From: an uncultured cyanobacterium
GTDB taxonomy: Bacteria > Cyanobacteriota > Cyanobacteriia > Cyanobacteriales > CAWCAG01
Reading direction: 5' to 3'
Assembly: GCA_963793425.1 (NCBI GenBank)
Contig: CAWCAG010000005.1
Coordinates: 1,696,001 to 1,760,000, forward strand
Length of the DNA stretch: 64,000 nucleotides
Shown piece after piece: positions 41,376 through 51,102 of this stretch (position 1 is its first letter; each line of letters starts with the position of its first letter). The position numbers and the translations under genes are program-made. The notes beneath the pieces are model-generated. The model ran no database searches. It saw only the letters and a list, made by a program, of their open reading frames with translations, and was not told the DNA's origin.

Positions 41376-42749
41376 TTATTGTGTAATTGGTAAATCTAAG
41401 CATTCACTAAGTTCATTAGCAATCCAATTAACTTCCCTCTCACGAAGGTGTAAAGTAGGAATTTTTAATAAATGTAGCCCTGCCCAAATCTTAATATTGC
41501 AACGGTTATATGATCTACGTTTAGATTGCATCCAATATTTAGAAATTTCTAATTTATCAATAGCTTTCCTTGGGATAGGAAACTTGTTATTAAGCTGGAT
41601 TTTTTGTCTATCAATTCGTAATCGGGTGTATTTTGGAAAACAATCAATTACTGTTTTTCCTATCAGTAAAAAGCAACTTAATAACAAGACACCAAATATT
41701 CCCATAAATAAACTAGCAAAAAATTCTTCAATAGTAAAAAAAGCGAAGATAATGGAGGCACTGATTATCAGAAAAATTGCAAAATGAGGGAAACATAGAA
41801 TACAAAAAATAATATATTCAATTAGTTTAAAAATATTACTGTTATTATTATAAGGAGAAACAATGATTTCCAAACAATTTCGACTTTTCTTTACTTGAAT
41901 TTTGTTGTTATATGGCTTGCTTGGCAATAAAAGTGTTTCTTGACTATCTTCATGGTAAGAACTTTTCAAAATATCTAACGCTTCTTTAGCAGAACTTAAA
42001 CGCTTGTTTAAATCCGGTTCAATTAACAAGTTCAACCAATTAACAAAAGCTGTACTAAGATAAATTTTAGGTCTAAACTTAATACGTAAATCTTCCTGGG
42101 GTAACTCTGCTGGATGGGTTCTTGTTACTAAATAAACTAATGTTGCACCTAAACTATACAAATCTGAAGCCGGAACCGCCCGCCCACCAAATTGTTCCGG
42201 GGGCATATAGCCATAGGTTCCTACCACAGTAATTGTGCTACCTTCTGTGGCTGCCAAGGTTTGCACAGAACCAAAATCGACTAAGTAAACTTCTTCAATG
42301 CTATCTCCCAATAAAATATTACTGGGCTTAATATCCCGATGAATTACTGGGGGACTTTGTTGATGCAAATAAATCAAGATTTCTAGCAAAGATGTTGCTA
42401 ATTGCTGTATCTTTTCTTCATTAAAAATACGTCTCTCCTCTACCCATTCAGCTAAAGATTTCGCTGGTATATAACTTTGTACTAAAGCGAAGCCTTTAGT
42501 TTTACGGGTTTGAAACTCAAAGTAATCTAAGTAACGGGGAATAGCAGGATGAGAAAGAGATTGTAACGCTTCTGCTTCCCTCTCAAATAGCTTAAGATCC
42601 TGCCATTGCAAATCGGCATTAAAAGTGAGGATTTTGATAGCAACTAATTCTTGGGTTTGTAAATCCTTCGCCAACAAAGTGCGCCGCCCCGCATTTCTAC
42701 CAAGTTGCTTTTGGATAGCGTAACGTTCTTTTAAGACTTTATTGGTCAT
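41376..42749 (-). CDS. Hanks-type Ser/Thr protein kinase with C-terminal transmembrane helices
   Basis: VAIK, HRDIKPSN, DFG, GTYGYMPPEQ, DLYSLG. Confidence 0.95.
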   Translation of the reverse strand: MTNKVLKERYAIQKQLGRNAGRRTLLAKDLQTQELVAIKILTFNADLQWQDLKLFEREAEALQSLSHPAIPRYLDYFEFQTRKTKGFALVQSYIPAKSLAEWVEERRIFNEEKIQQLATSLLEILIYLHQQSPPVIHRDIKPSNILLGDSIEEVYLVDFGSVQTLAATEGSTITVVGTYGYMPPEQFGGRAVPASDLYSLGATLVYLVTRTHPAELPQEDLRIKFRPKIYLSTAFVNWLNLLIEPDLNKRLSSAKEALDILKSSYHEDSQETLLLPSKPYNNKIQVKKSRNCLEIIVSPYNNNSNIFKLIEYIIFCILCFPHFAIFLIISASIIFAFFTIEEFFASLFMGIFGVLLLSCFLLIGKTVIDCFPKYTRLRIDRQKIQLNNKFPIPRKAIDKLEISKYWMQSKRRSYNRCNIKIWAGLHLLKIPTLHLREREVNWIANELSECLDLPITQ

Positions 42750-43053
42750 ATTCCTGCTCCTAGAGCGAGGGCATATCTTCTCCTACAATAGTACCTTGGG
42801 AAATTATCTTCACAAGAATGATATTCCGAAAGACAGAGATGAGAAATAGCTAGGCTTTAAATCCCTTTTTAAACCAAGAAAATTGCCTATTTTCTCACTG
42901 ATCCTACAAGCATTGGCTATGAAAAAGTAATTCTGAATTCTAAAATTTTAGCGACTAGCAATTAGCAATTAGCAACTAGCTAATTGCTAATTGCAATAAA
43001 GTTGGTGGAGAATAAGGTTATTATTCTCTAACTCCCTAGCTGGCGATCGCAAT

Positions 43054-44109
43054 TTAACCAAAACCTTTGCCACGACTGTTAGAAGGTACAGTCAAACAAT
43101 CTTCCAACTGTTTTCGCAAGCGATCAATATCTAAATTTTGCCCAATTAAGACAATTTGGTTGATGGGGTTTTCGATTTGTTCTTCATCTTCGATGGTGAA
43201 ACGCTTACCGCTCAAATGAAAAATATGACGATGGGGACTTTCTTGGAACCAAAGAATACCTTTAGCACGAAAAACATTCACAGGTATTTTGTTATCAAGA
43301 AAATGCTGGAATTTTCTCAAAGAAAAAGGTTGCTCACTTTCAAAAGAAAGAGAGGTGAAACCATCATTTTCTAAGTGATGAGAGTGGTGATCGTGGTCAT
43401 GATCATGATCGTGATGATTATGGTCATGTTTAGCTTCAGTTTCTTGGAGATAGTGGTCAGATTCAAAAAGACCAACACTAAGAATTAATGGTAAAGAAAC
43501 TTGAGATTTTTGAGTGCGGATAATTCTCGCATCGCTTTTAATATCTCTAATTTTTAACTCTAAAGAATCAACATCCCCTTCATCAACTAAATCCGTTTTG
43601 TTGAGGAGAATTACATCTCCATAAGCAATTTGGTTATAAGCGGCTTCGCTTTCAAATTGGTCTAGACTAAAGTTTTCCGCATCTACCATGGTAACTATAG
43701 AATCAAGGCGAGTCATATCTCGCAATTCTGTTCCCAAGAAACTAAGGGCAACAGGTAAAGGATCTGCTAATCCAGTAGTTTCGACCACGATATAATCTAT
43801 TTCTTCTTTACGTTCTAGAAGTTTATAGACAGCATCAACCAAATCATTGTTGATGGTACAGCAAACACAGCCGTTATTGAGTTCCACCATATCATCATCG
43901 GTACTGATAATTAGCTCGTTATCAATACCAATTTCACCAAATTCATTAACCAAAACCGCTGTTTTTACACCTTGCTGGTTAGTTAGGATGTGATTGAGTA
44001 AAGTGGTTTTACCGCTACCCAAAAAACCAGTGACGATGGTGACAGGTAAACTACGTTCTGGCTGAGCTAAGATTCCAGAAGAGCTAGTTTGAGTATCTAC
44101 AGAAGACAT
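43054..44109 (-). CDS. CobW/COG0523 family metallochaperone GTPase
   Basis: GFLGSGKTT, NEFGE, GCVCC, ETTGLADP, NKTD, His-rich insert. Confidence 0.95.
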   Translation of the reverse strand: MSSVDTQTSSSGILAQPERSLPVTIVTGFLGSGKTTLLNHILTNQQGVKTAVLVNEFGEIGIDNELIISTDDDMVELNNGCVCCTINNDLVDAVYKLLERKEEIDYIVVETTGLADPLPVALSFLGTELRDMTRLDSIVTMVDAENFSLDQFESEAAYNQIAYGDVILLNKTDLVDEGDVDSLELKIRDIKSDARIIRTQKSQVSLPLILSVGLFESDHYLQETEAKHDHNHHDHDHDHDHHSHHLENDGFTSLSFESEQPFSLRKFQHFLDNKIPVNVFRAKGILWFQESPHRHIFHLSGKRFTIEDEEQIENPINQIVLIGQNLDIDRLRKQLEDCLTVPSNSRGKGFG

Positions 44110-44153
44110 AGGAAGTATTGAGTTAGTAAGATAGGGGCTTTAATGAGCAAAGA

Positions 44154-44834
44154 TTAATTTCCTGAAGGAATATAGACTGAAGGTAAACAAATGAGATTAT
44201 CTTCTTCTATAGCAATTAAACCTTGTTGTCGGAGTTTACCCATTAAGCGGGTTACGGTGACACGGGTAGAACCAATAGCACTACCTATTTGAGCATGGGT
44301 TAAAGGATAGGGCAAGCAGTGACCATGTGGTGTTGATTCGCCATACTCTTCTACCAAAAGGGTGATAAAGCCTAATAGTCGGTCAATAGTTCTCCTTTGT
44401 CCTAAAGTGCTTAACCACAAAAGTTTACGCTGATGTTGATAACGAAAGGCATCTAAAACTTCCCGGCGGAATTCTGGCCAGTTGTCTAAATCATGCCAAT
44501 ACATCCAAACTACTTTAGTTTGCTCAACATGGGCGTAAGCTTGCAAGGTGAAAGGAGAATGGGTAACAATTTCAAAGGGTTGGCTAATACCCACAAAACC
44601 CAAAAAGGCTTCTTCAAGCTTTTGGTTTTGTGGATTTTTACTATCACTGTCGTTAGCAGTTCCCACTAGACGAATAGCCCCCTTTTCTACTAAGTATAGT
44701 AGTCCTGGACGGGCGGGAATCTGCTCGTCTTTGTTGAAACTCCTGTCTCGGTAATGGGCCTGCGCCCAGGTAAAAATGTGTTGCCAGGTTGAAAAGTTAT
44801 GAGATGCCTCTGGTGGCTTAGTCGAAGAATGCAT
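44154..44834 (-). CDS. Crp/Fnr family transcriptional regulator
   Basis: C-terminal HTH LTHAQIGSAIGSTRVTVTRLMG. Confidence 0.92.
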   Translation of the reverse strand: MHSSTKPPEASHNFSTWQHIFTWAQAHYRDRSFNKDEQIPARPGLLYLVEKGAIRLVGTANDSDSKNPQNQKLEEAFLGFVGISQPFEIVTHSPFTLQAYAHVEQTKVVWMYWHDLDNWPEFRREVLDAFRYQHQRKLLWLSTLGQRRTIDRLLGFITLLVEEYGESTPHGHCLPYPLTHAQIGSAIGSTRVTVTRLMGKLRQQGLIAIEEDNLICLPSVYIPSGN

Positions 44835-44877
44835 AAGTAGAAATTTAGTTGGAATAACAGCTTATCAGATATTTTCT

Positions 44878-45735
44878 ATGGAATATAAAGTAACAAAAAA
44901 TACTGCTTTGCGGTGTTTTCCGTTAAGGGTTGTATTAAAAAGTTGCCTTATGAAGCACTTGTTACAGGAAAAATTGTTATTAACTTTAGAACAATGGTTA
45001 CAATGGCACGACCCTACTGTGACCCTTAATTATCCCTTATCTAGACTCACACTGACAAAAATTTCTGGGCAGAGATTAAATGCTTGGGGTATTGTTTATC
45101 GTTGCGGAATCGCTTTTGGGTTGGCTAACAATAGCAATTTACCAGTTATAGAAGTGGCTTGCCAGTTGGCTCAAATTTTATCTCAAGAAATGGAGATATC
45201 TCCAAAGCAGCCTAGTTTAGAGTTTACTGTTCGAGTAATTAACCCAGGATGGCTTGATTTTTATTTAGAGGAGAGAGGATTAGCTCTGTGGTTGGATAAG
45301 TTACCTCAACTTTTACCTACCTTAAAATTAAACAAGGATCAAAAGCAAGTTAGTCTGTTCGCTCTTGAGTATGCCCATGGTCGCTGTCATTCTTTACTAA
45401 ACTTAGGAAATAGTCAGGGTTTGATTAAAATTAATTCTCATCAAGAATGGTTGGAACCTTTGCCGATTCCCTGGTTAGATACTAATGGTAATTTGAGGTT
45501 GCGAGATTTAGCGGAGCAAAAGTTGATTGAACAATTGATTACAACTGCCCATGCTGACTCTAATTGGGTTAAGTCAGCAACTCATTTAAGTGAGTCTATG
45601 CTTGATTTTCATCGCTACTGTCGTATCTGGGGAGAAGTGAAAGAAACGAACCTTCCCTTAGCCCAAGGAAGATTAGGCTTACTTTGGCTGGTACAACTAT
45701 TTCTCAAGTATTTACTAGACAATAAACCTTTGTAA
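44878..45735 (+). CDS. Stand-alone ArgRS-like (DALR anticodon-binding domain) protein
   Basis: PGWLDF (ArgRS N-domain-like), EYAHGRCHSLL, FHRYCRIWG, RLGL; no HIGH/KMSKS catalytic core; start uncertain. Confidence 0.75.
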   Translation: MEYKVTKNTALRCFPLRVVLKSCLMKHLLQEKLLLTLEQWLQWHDPTVTLNYPLSRLTLTKISGQRLNAWGIVYRCGIAFGLANNSNLPVIEVACQLAQILSQEMEISPKQPSLEFTVRVINPGWLDFYLEERGLALWLDKLPQLLPTLKLNKDQKQVSLFALEYAHGRCHSLLNLGNSQGLIKINSHQEWLEPLPIPWLDTNGNLRLRDLAEQKLIEQLITTAHADSNWVKSATHLSESMLDFHRYCRIWGEVKETNLPLAQGRLGLLWLVQLFLKYLLDNKPL

Positions 45736-45847
45736 AGCAGATATATAGCAATTCTCTTACTTGTAATATTAAATAGAAAAAACAACGCTACAGATAAATC
45801 ACTTTCGTATCGCTCATTTCTCGTCAATCCTTCTTCTAAATTTAATT

Positions 45848-47701
45848 TTAGGAAATGTCTTCCTTATATTTGGTTAGCAAATCTGGTAAATAATCATAAC
45901 CATCAACCCCAATTATGGGAATGATTTTAGAACGTTGTTGTGCTAACTTTTCAGTAAAAACTTCTTCCCCTAAATGCCCTTGTAAAATAGTCATCAACCC
46001 TGCTGCTTGTCGCCATTCTCGTGAGGAGATTTGTTCTAAAAGGTACATAGCAAGACAGCCTGTAAAAATAGCGTTTCCTGCATCTTGCAAACTATGATAG
46101 GCTTCTGCTAAATAAGTAAAATTGAGTCCTTGTAAATATAAATCTCCAGAAACTTGGGCAGATTGGATACCTTTTTCTAAATAACTAATTGCTGTGGCTG
46201 GTTTTTCTAAAACCACGTAAGCAATACCCAAACTATTAAAACAAAGGGCCTGACTTTGGCGATCGCCTAATTTTTCTGATTGTGCTAAACCCTGTTCCAA
46301 ATAATTAATTGCACTTTCATAAACTTCTGGTTCAAGACGTTCAGTTTCCCTAGCAGAAAATACTTCGCTGTAACCTAAATTCGCTAAAGCATTAGCTTCT
46401 CCTAAGCGATCCCCTGTTTGACGAGCCATGATTAAAGCCCGTTGGCTATAATTAATTGCTTCGCTATAACTTTGCTTAATTACATAGGTGCGACTAAGGT
46501 GGTTGAGGTTAGCAACTTCACAAGGACTATCTTTGGCTTGACGAGAAATTTCTAAAGCTTCTTCATAAAATTCAACTGCTTTGTCATAGCGTCCCATGGT
46601 TGCACTAGAATAGCCTAATAAAGTTAAAATGCGCGCCTTTTCTTGGGTTTTTTCTACTTGTTTCAAGGGCTGATCTAAATAGTTAATAGTTTCTTGGAGA
46701 TAACTACCCTGAAAAGAAGCAAACATCCCCCCATATAAAGGAAAATCTTCTCGTTGAGAAAAGGTACGCAAAATTTGTAACATCATTTGAAAAGAAGCAC
46801 GGGCGAAGGTAAAATCTCCGGCATAATCGAAACATTGAGATAATTGCGCCCAAACCCAAGCAAAGGTAAGAAATGTAGAAATAGATATTTTCTTACCAGC
46901 TTTCCCATCATAGGGTTGTTTATCAAACCAAGTAACTAAACCCCGTTGCACATATTGCAACATTAAAGCTAATTCTACCCAAGCAGCGAGATCCGCTTCC
47001 CTTAATTGAGGAGTTAATTCTTCCAAGGACTTTTGGTGGGCAAGGGTGGCAAACAACTTTTGGGGTAAGGGGCTAGCCACTTTCTGACTCCAAAAAGCCC
47101 AAGGGCCGCGCTGTTGAGGAAAATCTCCTAACCCCAACTGGCTACGATTTTGTTCATAAATCCAACCAATTAAATGCCCTTCTAAACTAGAAAAACTCTT
47201 TAAACCTCTTTCAATACCTGTGGCTATTTGCTGTAATTCTCTCGCGGTATCAGCTTCACCGCTAGATTCTCCTTCCTGTCGCAAACTATTAGCTAATTGC
47301 TTCAGTTGTTCTGGAGATAAAACTTGATTACGGTTAGGATCAACTACTACTAACAATTCCTGTAACCTTGTCTGGCTTTCTGCTGAGGCAATTTGCTTAA
47401 CTGCGGTGTTTACCCCTTCTTGGTCTTGATTTTCTCTTTGCCAGCGTTCCCATTGCCCTTGAATCGTCTGTAAAGCCCTCATAACGCGGGTAGCCTTTAG
47501 CTTCACTTCCAACTGGGCTTCTGTGGCTTCTAAACGTTCTTGTAAACAACGTTCAAAGATTTCCCCCGTACCGCTACTAACTCCTTTCACCAGCATTCTA
47601 TATACCTGCTCTTTGGAGCGGATTTTTCCTTGTAAGGTGGTATCAACAATATCATCGATTAGTTGTAAGTAGCGATCGCGTAAGGAAGTCGATTCTGGCA
47701 T
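45848..47701 (-). CDS. Tetratricopeptide repeat protein
   Basis: 617 aa; C-terminal TPRs (GEANALANLG, LCFNSLGIAY). Confidence 0.88.
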   Translation of the reverse strand: MPESTSLRDRYLQLIDDIVDTTLQGKIRSKEQVYRMLVKGVSSGTGEIFERCLQERLEATEAQLEVKLKATRVMRALQTIQGQWERWQRENQDQEGVNTAVKQIASAESQTRLQELLVVVDPNRNQVLSPEQLKQLANSLRQEGESSGEADTARELQQIATGIERGLKSFSSLEGHLIGWIYEQNRSQLGLGDFPQQRGPWAFWSQKVASPLPQKLFATLAHQKSLEELTPQLREADLAAWVELALMLQYVQRGLVTWFDKQPYDGKAGKKISISTFLTFAWVWAQLSQCFDYAGDFTFARASFQMMLQILRTFSQREDFPLYGGMFASFQGSYLQETINYLDQPLKQVEKTQEKARILTLLGYSSATMGRYDKAVEFYEEALEISRQAKDSPCEVANLNHLSRTYVIKQSYSEAINYSQRALIMARQTGDRLGEANALANLGYSEVFSARETERLEPEVYESAINYLEQGLAQSEKLGDRQSQALCFNSLGIAYVVLEKPATAISYLEKGIQSAQVSGDLYLQGLNFTYLAEAYHSLQDAGNAIFTGCLAMYLLEQISSREWRQAAGLMTILQGHLGEEVFTEKLAQQRSKIIPIIGVDGYDYLPDLLTKYKEDIS

Positions 47702-47717
47702 ATTTATCAGTTAGGAA

Positions 47718-47745
47718 GGGAGTAGGGAGTAGGGAGTAGGGAGCA
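47718..47745. repeat. Heptamer tandem repeat (GGGAGTA)~4
   Basis: Direct reading; same unit at 57274-57300. Confidence 0.85.
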
Positions 47746-47976
47746 GTTACAAACTCTGAATGGGTGAGTTCTTAGAATTGAATGTAATAATAGGTAACAT
47801 ATTTACTAATTTACTAACAACTTATGAGTCCTGCCAAGAAATCTACATCTCACCAGAGGACAGTTATTGTTTAGTAATCAACCTCAACGCTTTCCAGCAG
47901 AAGAACTATAACGAACCTTGTCAACTTTTCTCTACAAGGCAACATTCAGATATCCAACCGCTCATCACCTTAGCAT

Positions 47977-49422
47977 ATGCCTAACGAAGAACAACTGCAC
48001 GAGAACTCCGTTAATCAAACCGTTGAGCCAATTTTAAACCAGGTAAACACTATTACCACTGAGATTAAAACAAATCTCAATCTTATCGAAGAACCAGAAA
48101 AAGCCTCTGGAACAGTAACTGAAGACACCAAACTAAACTTCTGGCAGCTTTGGAATATGAGTTTCGGCTTCCTGGGCATTCAGTTTGGTTGGGGCTTGCA
48201 AATGGCAAATATGAGTGCCATCTTTGAACAACTTGGTGCAGAAGCACACCAAATCCCGATTCTTTGGATTGCTGGCCCCATCACCGGTTTAGTTGTCCAA
48301 CCTATTGTCGGGAGTATGAGTGATAATACTTGGGGGCCTTTGGGTAGGCGTAGACCTTATTTTTTATTCGGAGCAATTTTTAGTTCCCTGGCTTTAGTTT
48401 TAATGCCCCACTCCTCTACATTATGGATGGCTGCCGGACTACTTTGGTTATTAGATACCTCCGCTAATGTCAGTATGGAACCATTCCGGGCTTTTGTGGG
48501 GGACTTATTACCAGAAAAACAGCGTACCAAAGGCTTTGCTATGCAAAGTCTTTTTATCGGTTTAGGAACTGTTTCCGCCTCCTCTTTACCCTGGATTTTG
48601 AATCATATTTTTAAGATTTCTAGTCTTAGTAGTCCTGAAAAAGCGATTCCTTTAACCGTAGAGTTATCCTTTTATGCTGGGGCGGCAGTTTTTTTAGGAA
48701 GTGTTCTCTGGACAGTATTAACTACTAAAGAAAATCCCCCTGAAAATATACGTGCCTTCCAAAAAGAACAAAACAAACGCAACGGCTTTTTAGATACTTT
48801 CCAAGATATAATTTCCGCTTGGCAAGATATGCCCCCCAAGATGGCTCAACTCGCTTGGGTACAGTGCTTTACTTGGTTGGGGATGTATTGCTTTTTCCTC
48901 TATTTCCCCCCTGCTGTAGCCCGTAATATCTTCGCAGCAGCTAGCCAAGCTGATGCCCTTTATGCTGAGGGAATTGAATGGGCAGGAATTTGTATTGCTG
49001 CTTATAACTTTGTTTGTATGGGCTGTTCTTTTCTGTTACCTCGGTTAGCAAAGGTAACAGATCGTAAGGTAACTCACGGCATTTGTTTAATGTGTGGTTC
49101 GGTGGGTTTAATCTCCTTAGCTTTTATTGATAATCAATATTGGTTATTATTACCAATGGTTGGGGTTGGTATTGCTTGGTCAAGTATTTTAGCGATGCCC
49201 TATGCTATGTTAGTTGGTTGTTTGCCCCCAGAACGTAGCGGCATTTATATGGGGATTTTCAACTTTTTTATTGTTTTGCCAGAAATCTTAGTTTCTTTAG
49301 GTTTCGGTTGGGTAATGGAAAATGTCCTCCATGATAATCGCCTTATTGCAGTGGTTATTGGGGGAGGGTTTCTCTTTATTGCAGCTTTGTTAACTCAGCG
49401 AGTAGAAACTACTAATGGCTAA
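47977..49422 (+). CDS. MFS glycoside (sucrose/maltose-type) transporter
   Basis: WNMSFGFLGIQFGWGLQ, QPIVGSMSD, GRRRPY, MGIFNFFIVLP. Confidence 0.88.
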   Translation: MPNEEQLHENSVNQTVEPILNQVNTITTEIKTNLNLIEEPEKASGTVTEDTKLNFWQLWNMSFGFLGIQFGWGLQMANMSAIFEQLGAEAHQIPILWIAGPITGLVVQPIVGSMSDNTWGPLGRRRPYFLFGAIFSSLALVLMPHSSTLWMAAGLLWLLDTSANVSMEPFRAFVGDLLPEKQRTKGFAMQSLFIGLGTVSASSLPWILNHIFKISSLSSPEKAIPLTVELSFYAGAAVFLGSVLWTVLTTKENPPENIRAFQKEQNKRNGFLDTFQDIISAWQDMPPKMAQLAWVQCFTWLGMYCFFLYFPPAVARNIFAAASQADALYAEGIEWAGICIAAYNFVCMGCSFLLPRLAKVTDRKVTHGICLMCGSVGLISLAFIDNQYWLLLPMVGVGIAWSSILAMPYAMLVGCLPPERSGIYMGIFNFFIVLPEILVSLGFGWVMENVLHDNRLIAVVIGGGFLFIAALLTQRVETTNG

Positions 49423-49473
49423 GAAGAATAAGTTAGGTTCTAACTTAGGAATTAACGCGATGTGCAACTAAAT

Positions 49474-51015
49474 TTAATCACGAATAATGCCAGCAAACTG
49501 TTCCGGTAAACCAACTTCTTTGGGCTTAACAATTTCCCCATTAAAACCCATTGCTTGATTTTCTCCTACTGTTCTTGCTTTAGCTACGGCTGTCCGGAGT
49601 TTGGCATAATCTAATTCATCTTCTATTCCTGCTACCAGATAAATAATTAATTTACTAGCTAAATCCTTACCAGAAATTTGAATTCGCTTCTTTTGAGGAT
49701 CATACAAAACCCCATACCAAGGAGAGGAGGGAAATTCCATACCGCTAAATCTGCCTTGTTTGTCGTATTGACGCAGTTTGCTGAAAATAGTTTTCAGTTT
49801 TAACTTCTTTTTGGTAACTAAAATTCCTAACGCCTGTACTAAAGCAATTTGCCCTACCGGGCGAAAGAGGATGTTCGCTTCTCCTTTTCCCTGTTCATGA
49901 CTAAAACGGCGTAGTTGAGGCGTGTCTGCGCCTTTTTCTAATTTTTTATAGCTGGGTAGGGTGGCGAGGTTATCGAAAAGCTTAGCTAACTCTTGAGATC
50001 CTAACTCTAACTCTTCATCTTCAGGACGTAGGGGAATTAAACCTTTTTCTAGCGGTTGCCAGTGGGGAAATTTTGGTTTTAAGTAAGCCTCCGCCATATC
50101 TTTCAGGGCTTGGAGGGTGGTTAACACTGTGGCTTTGGCTGCAACGGTGGCACTATCCCAATTAACACGGGGATTGCGCCCTTCTTCTTCCCTAAATAGG
50201 GGATGGGTGACAGCAATGTTCCTCGCAACAATGGAAAAGCCATCATCTTCATTTAATAAAGCAAGTTGCCCTTTGCTGAGGTTAATAGACATGAGATTGA
50301 CATGGACGAAAATGGAACGCACTCTTCGTCTTGCTTCTTCCCTCGTTTCCCCTTTAACTACAGCCGGGATAAATTCAATACCAATGTTTTCCTGTGCCAG
50401 GTTTTGTAAGTAAGCAGGATCAAGGTTATATTCTTTACTTAAGTTAGCGATGGTAAGAACTGTTCCTGTAGGTTTTTTGTACTTATTATATTTGGTCAAC
50501 TGTCCGGTTTTCAGCAACTCCATCAACCCTTGAATGCCCATGAGTCTGTGTTGCCCATCAAGGGCAAAGATGGCGATGTTTGCAGAAATATCCAGAAATC
50601 CTAGCTGACCTTTTTCATCTAAAGCTGTGAAGTTAGCGGCTGAATGCAAAGCCCTTTGTTGCTGCCAAGTTTCCGCTTCAGGATCATCTACCCAAGGTGG
50701 GCTGAGAACAACCAGGAGGGCAGGAAATTTGTGATGTTTGCGTACTGCTAAATACTGTGCCAATAAAGCTTGTCGCGACCAATCCAAAGGACGCTGTTGC
50801 AATTGTTCGATGGTGGTAGCATCCCGAATTATATTGTTGGTTTTTGGGTCAAATTTGCTTTGGAATAAGGGCAGTTGTGCAGCGAAGCGAAGGCGACTAG
50901 CCACCCATTCTAAGGTGACTGTACCCAGATAAGCTTCTGTTGTACCCATCTGAGTTTTTTGGACGAAAATTTCTTCTTGTGAGGAGAGGTTGAGGAGTTT
51001 TTCGCGAAAATCCAT
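49474..51015 (-). CDS. DGQHR domain protein (DndB-like)
   Basis: 513 aa; QRPLDWSR, ALDGQHRL, RSIFVHVN; near dndCD. Confidence 0.88.
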   Translation of the reverse strand: MDFREKLLNLSSQEEIFVQKTQMGTTEAYLGTVTLEWVASRLRFAAQLPLFQSKFDPKTNNIIRDATTIEQLQQRPLDWSRQALLAQYLAVRKHHKFPALLVVLSPPWVDDPEAETWQQQRALHSAANFTALDEKGQLGFLDISANIAIFALDGQHRLMGIQGLMELLKTGQLTKYNKYKKPTGTVLTIANLSKEYNLDPAYLQNLAQENIGIEFIPAVVKGETREEARRRVRSIFVHVNLMSINLSKGQLALLNEDDGFSIVARNIAVTHPLFREEEGRNPRVNWDSATVAAKATVLTTLQALKDMAEAYLKPKFPHWQPLEKGLIPLRPEDEELELGSQELAKLFDNLATLPSYKKLEKGADTPQLRRFSHEQGKGEANILFRPVGQIALVQALGILVTKKKLKLKTIFSKLRQYDKQGRFSGMEFPSSPWYGVLYDPQKKRIQISGKDLASKLIIYLVAGIEDELDYAKLRTAVAKARTVGENQAMGFNGEIVKPKEVGLPEQFAGIIRD

Positions 51016-51102
51016 GAAGACTAGGTTTAAGAGTTGGCTTCTCCATCAAAGGACAAACTATACCCCCAAAAACAAAAACTCAATAAAAGTTTTTAAAAAC
51101 CA

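Noticed and set aside
42955..42996. TAGCAAT / ATTGCTA inverted heptamers as a specific regulatory site
   Set aside because: Explained by head-to-head STRR-type repeats downstream of the CobW gene
47760..47984. 74-aa ORF upstream of the MFS transporter
   Set aside because: No motifs; more likely the divergent promoter region
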